Virus genome (UHGV): UHGV-0122804
Direction: 5' to 3' (one strand)
DNA length: 17,535 bases
From: a virus
Both the position numbers and the translations under genes were made by a program. How positions within the stretch are numbered: position 1 is the first letter of the stretch; each line of letters starts with the position of its first letter. Shown here piece by piece: positions 14,177 through 17,535 of this stretch. The notes below the pieces were generated by a model. The model did no database searches. It was not told the origin of the DNA and saw only the letters and a list, made by a program, of their open reading frames with translations.

Positions 14177-15412
14177 ATGACGACTACTGCACTGCAAAAT
14201 GAAAAAAATCCTTCTGATTACCTTGTTTGCAAGTGGTGCGGCAAATCATTTCACTATTTTAAGTCCCATGTAGCCAATGGTAATTGCGAGGGCATTCCTG
14301 AGTCAGTAAAAGATGCCGATCCTGACACCGTACTGAAAATGTACACAACGCAGTTTCCAGATGAACCAACGCTATCGAAAAAGGCACTTGATGCAATTCA
14401 AGCTAAACGTGCCGAGCAAAAAAGCGAAATGGCCAAATCTTCTGGCTTGACCAGTAGCCCTGGCTACACAGGCACAGTTGAGTACAAGACAGATCTGGTC
14501 GCAGCTCACGAACTGCTAAACGTAACGGTGGAAGAACTCGGAACAAAACGTGGGACGCCGCTCATGGTTAGCGTCAACGTCAATACGCCGTATCCAGAGT
14601 TCGTTCCCGAAGTGAAGAAAGGCTACGTATATGGCGACTTCGAACTGATCAAAGATATTTTCATGATGCTTGAACTTGGCATACCTGGCTATTTGTGGGG
14701 TCATGCAGGAACAGGCAAATCGTCATTGCCTACACAGCTATGTGCTTTGCTCAATCGTCCGTTGATCCGTGCCCAACATACAGCATCAATGGAAGAGGCA
14801 CATGTTACGGGGCAAATTCTGGCGCGTGATGGCTCTACGTATTTCGAACCTGGCTTGCTTGCGCTCGCAATGAAGCATGGCTGGGTTTACCTCGCGGATG
14901 AATACGACTTTGCGTTTCCACAAATTCTTGGCGTGTATCAGCCAGTGCTGGAAGGTGAAGCGTTGGTCATCAAAGAGGCAACTCCAGAATGGCGTCGCAT
15001 TACTCCGCATGAACGGTTTGCTTTCATTGGCACTGGCAACACGAACGGATCTGGTGATGAAACCGGCTTGTACCAGGGTACAAACATCCAGAACGCCGCG
15101 AACTTTTCGCGTTTTGGCATCGTTTCGAATGTGAAATACATGAGCAAAGACGCAGAGATCAACATGCTGACAAATGCAGGCATCGTGGATGAATACGCTG
15201 AAAAGATGGTTAAGTTTGCCGGTATCGTTCGCGATGGATACGAAGAACACCTCATTAGTCAGCCAATTGGCCCTCGTGAACTTTTGTTGTCGGCCAAGAT
15301 TGGAATGATGCGAGGCGACTTTGTGACAGGTATTGAGCGTTCTTTCATTAACAAACTCCCTTCAGCTTCTGCACAAGCGGCTCGTGAAGTTGTTCAAAAA
15401 ATATTTGGTTAA
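14177..15412 (+). CDS. cobS: CobS/MoxR-like AAA+ ATPase with an N-terminal Cys/His cluster
   Basis: Walker A GHAGTGKSS, Walker B VYLADEYD. N-terminal CKWCGKSFHYFKSHVANGNC looks like a zinc-binding knuckle. Confidence 0.8.
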   Translation: MTTTALQNEKNPSDYLVCKWCGKSFHYFKSHVANGNCEGIPESVKDADPDTVLKMYTTQFPDEPTLSKKALDAIQAKRAEQKSEMAKSSGLTSSPGYTGTVEYKTDLVAAHELLNVTVEELGTKRGTPLMVSVNVNTPYPEFVPEVKKGYVYGDFELIKDIFMMLELGIPGYLWGHAGTGKSSLPTQLCALLNRPLIRAQHTASMEEAHVTGQILARDGSTYFEPGLLALAMKHGWVYLADEYDFAFPQILGVYQPVLEGEALVIKEATPEWRRITPHERFAFIGTGNTNGSGDETGLYQGTNIQNAANFSRFGIVSNVKYMSKDAEINMLTNAGIVDEYAEKMVKFAGIVRDGYEEHLISQPIGPRELLLSAKIGMMRGDFVTGIERSFINKLPSASAQAAREVVQKIFG

Positions 15413-15414
15413 TC

Positions 15415-15618
15415 GTGCGTAAAGGATGTTTCGGCTCTCTTATCGCTGCTTCTGAAACTGGTAAGGCTTGTCTGGTGTGTCCAGACAAGCCCGATTGTCA
15501 CCAATCAGCAAAAGAAGTTGCGATTTCGATGCATGGGAAGTTCGTAGGCTTCCCCAATGACAAAATCAAAAAAACCAGAAAGGTAAAAACACATGAAGGC
15601 ACTGATGGTTCGAACTGA
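15415..15618 (+). CDS. hypothetical small Cys-rich protein (67 aa), GTG start; overlaps the dnaE start by 26 nt
   Basis: CLVCPDKPDCH cluster. Doubtful as a real gene because of the overlap with dnaE and the non-ATG start. Confidence 0.3.
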   Translation: MRKGCFGSLIAASETGKACLVCPDKPDCHQSAKEVAISMHGKFVGFPNDKIKKTRKVKTHEGTDGSN

Positions 15619-17535
15619 CTTCTCACTTGGGGAGTCGGCTCTAAAAGCAGAAAACGCGGTGAAGATTGCCAGAGAAGCTGGCTACACCGCTGTAATTTCA
15701 GCAGATAGCATGAATATTGCGAGCGTTATTCCACTACAACGTGCCGCTGGTGACGACATGGCGGTTATTTGTGGTGTGAAACTAAACATTGTTGATGATC
15801 CCACATACGAGCACCGGGCTAAACTTGCTAAAGAATCTATGAGATGTATGGAATCATTAGAGCGAGGACGTAACTACTCGTTTACCGCTCTAATTAAAAA
15901 TGAGAAAGGATATCGCGACATCTGCGAACTAATGACGGCGGCCAACACACGAGAACAGTTCTACTTTGTACCGCGTCTCTCGCTCGAACAGTTGGTTTCT
16001 ACATATGCCAAAGGCAACATCATCCTGCTTACTTCCGACATCGGTAGCGTGTTCCAACGCAACGATTTTGCAAAAATCATAAGCACACTGATTACAGCGG
16101 GTGGAAAAGACAACTTCTATAGTGTGGTTTATCCGCACCCTACCCCATTCTACGACCAGATTAACGTCCGGGCGATGAAAGTCGCCAGCGCATTGAAAAT
16201 AGAGCCAGTGGCGTTCTATCCCGCTTATTACGAATCGATCGACGATGCAGACATTAAAGACATTGCGCACATGGTTACGAACAACATCAAAATCGACCAG
16301 CCGCATCGTCTGCGTATCCCCCACCAGCGAGATAACGCCGTCAATGGTCGCCGCCATCTCCTTGAGGCGCTTAAAGCCTTCTCCGTTCGCATGGATGTGC
16401 CGGTAACAGCTGCAATGGCCTCAACAACGCAGGATACCATTATCGATGCCTGCACATGGCGCTGGCATGAATTGCCGCCAGCACTGCCAAAGATGGCAGA
16501 CGACGAGCCTGCAACGCTGATGAAACTGGCTGTTGCAGGGCTGCGTAAACGTCTTACCACAAAAGAGTTTGGCTACACACCACCTGCTTCTGAGAACAGG
16601 GTTTATGTTGAGCGGCTAAAGTACGAAATGGACACGCTGACTCGCCTGGGATTCTGTGGTTACTTCCTGATGGTGCGCGATCTGATGAATCATAGTCGTG
16701 AAACTGGCATTCCCGTTGGGCCTGGTCGTGGTTCCTCTGCCGGTTCTCTGGTGGCGTGGTGCATAGGCATAACCAACGTCGACCCAATCCGTCACGGTCT
16801 TCTGTTTGAGCGTTTCATCAACCCTGAGCGTCTCGACTTGCCGGATGCGGACTTGGACTTCAGCCAGGCACGTCGCCATGAGGTGATCGAGTATCTGAAT
16901 GAACGCTACGGCGAAGATTACGTTGCAGGCATTCCGAACTTCACCTACCTGGGCGCAGCCTCTGCACTACGTGATACCGCTCGTATTTATGGTGTGGAGT
17001 CCGCAGATATGGCGGTATCAAAAGAGCTGAAGAACGTCGAGGATGATAGCCTTCCATTGGAGGAGCTGCGCGAACAACTGGCAAGTCTCGACAAATACGC
17101 AACAAAATATCCTGATGCATTCAATGCAGCCTGCAAGTTACAAAGCCTTATGCGTGGCTTTGGTAGACATGCGGCAGGGATGATCGTAGCAGGTGTTCCT
17201 CTGACAGAACGTACACCGGTTGAACGCCGTGGTGACGCGCGTTGTATCGCATTTGACAAGCGTTACTGCGAGGCTATGGGCCTAATTAAGCTGGACGTAC
17301 TCGGTCTGGCAACTCTCGATTTGCTCGATAGTGCAAAACGCTACATAAAAGAGAACACAGGTGAAGATATCAATCTTGATGCCATTTCTCTTGAAGATCG
17401 CAAGGTGCTGGATGGTTTTGCTGCTGGGTACACTCAAGGTGTTTTCCAGCTTGAATCAGGCCCAATGCGCAAGCTGCTTAAAGATTTAGGTGGTGGAATT
17501 GAGCCAATGAGCTTTAAAACGGTTGTTGCTACGAC
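15593..17535 (+). CDS. dnaE: DNA polymerase III alpha subunit (DnaE-type), N-terminal about 647 aa; 3' end cut by window edge
   Basis: Frame stays open to the window end. GPGRGSSAGSLVAWCIGIT, LLFERFINPER, PDADLDF, GRHAAGMIVA, GVFQLES match E. coli DnaE catalytic-core blocks as I recall them. N-terminal PHP-like region lacks the usual His residues. SD aaagg before the ATG. Confidence 0.9.
   Translation, partial: MKALMVRTDFSLGESALKAENAVKIAREAGYTAVISADSMNIASVIPLQRAAGDDMAVICGVKLNIVDDPTYEHRAKLAKESMRCMESLERGRNYSFTALIKNEKGYRDICELMTAANTREQFYFVPRLSLEQLVSTYAKGNIILLTSDIGSVFQRNDFAKIISTLITAGGKDNFYSVVYPHPTPFYDQINVRAMKVASALKIEPVAFYPAYYESIDDADIKDIAHMVTNNIKIDQPHRLRIPHQRDNAVNGRRHLLEALKAFSVRMDVPVTAAMASTTQDTIIDACTWRWHELPPALPKMADDEPATLMKLAVAGLRKRLTTKEFGYTPPASENRVYVERLKYEMDTLTRLGFCGYFLMVRDLMNHSRETGIPVGPGRGSSAGSLVAWCIGITNVDPIRHGLLFERFINPERLDLPDADLDFSQARRHEVIEYLNERYGEDYVAGIPNFTYLGAASALRDTARIYGVESADMAVSKELKNVEDDSLPLEELREQLASLDKYATKYPDAFNAACKLQSLMRGFGRHAAGMIVAGVPLTERTPVERRGDARCIAFDKRYCEAMGLIKLDVLGLATLDLLDSAKRYIKENTGEDINLDAISLEDRKVLDGFAAGYTQGVFQLESGPMRKLLKDLGGGIEPMSFKTVVAT
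15839..15858 (-). repeat. Motif B copy 4, inverted, inside the dnaE coding sequence
   Basis: atgagatgtatggaatcatt is the reverse complement of AATGATTCCATACATCTCAT; it encodes MRCMES in DnaE. Confidence 0.7.

Noticed and set aside
14786-15255. - strand ORFs (154 and 105 aa) and an 85-aa + strand ORF inside the cobS-like gene
   Set aside because: Shadow ORFs within a gene that has Walker A and B motifs in the annotated frame.
15929-16879. Four - strand ORFs (142, 110, 77 and 87 aa) inside dnaE
   Set aside because: Antisense to a frame with unmistakable DnaE catalytic-core motifs.
1-17535. CRISPR array or insertion sequence
   Set aside because: The repeats (motifs A and B) are few, irregularly spaced and partly palindromic, not a spaced direct-repeat array. 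No transposase-like ORF or terminal inverted repeats around a transposase were seen.

Overview
This window reads as part of the DNA-replication/accessory region of a phage or phage-plasmid; the gene content resembles SSU5/pHCM2-type elements, but that is from memory and not a search result. Almost all genes are on the + strand: a 5'-truncated DnaB-family helicase, a T4 gp61-type primase, two hypothetical proteins, an ATP-dependent DNA ligase, three small proteins, a tRNA-Asn(GUU), a PhoH-like ATPase, two small hypotheticals, a glutaredoxin-like protein, a P4-type tyrosine recombinase, a CobT-like VWA protein, a CobS/MoxR-like AAA+ ATPase and a 3'-truncated DnaE-type polymerase. Two genes are on the - strand: an XRE-family regulator and an AT-rich 529-aa membrane protein of no recognisable family, which is my strongest candidate for an undescribed accessory function. 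Other findings are a dispersed 13-27-nt repeat family that includes a lox-like palindrome beside the recombinase and one copy inside dnaE, a palindromic promoter/operator-like motif family, and two strongly structured non-coding segments flanking the tRNA. Every call rests on hand translation and motif recognition only; no search or folding program was run.
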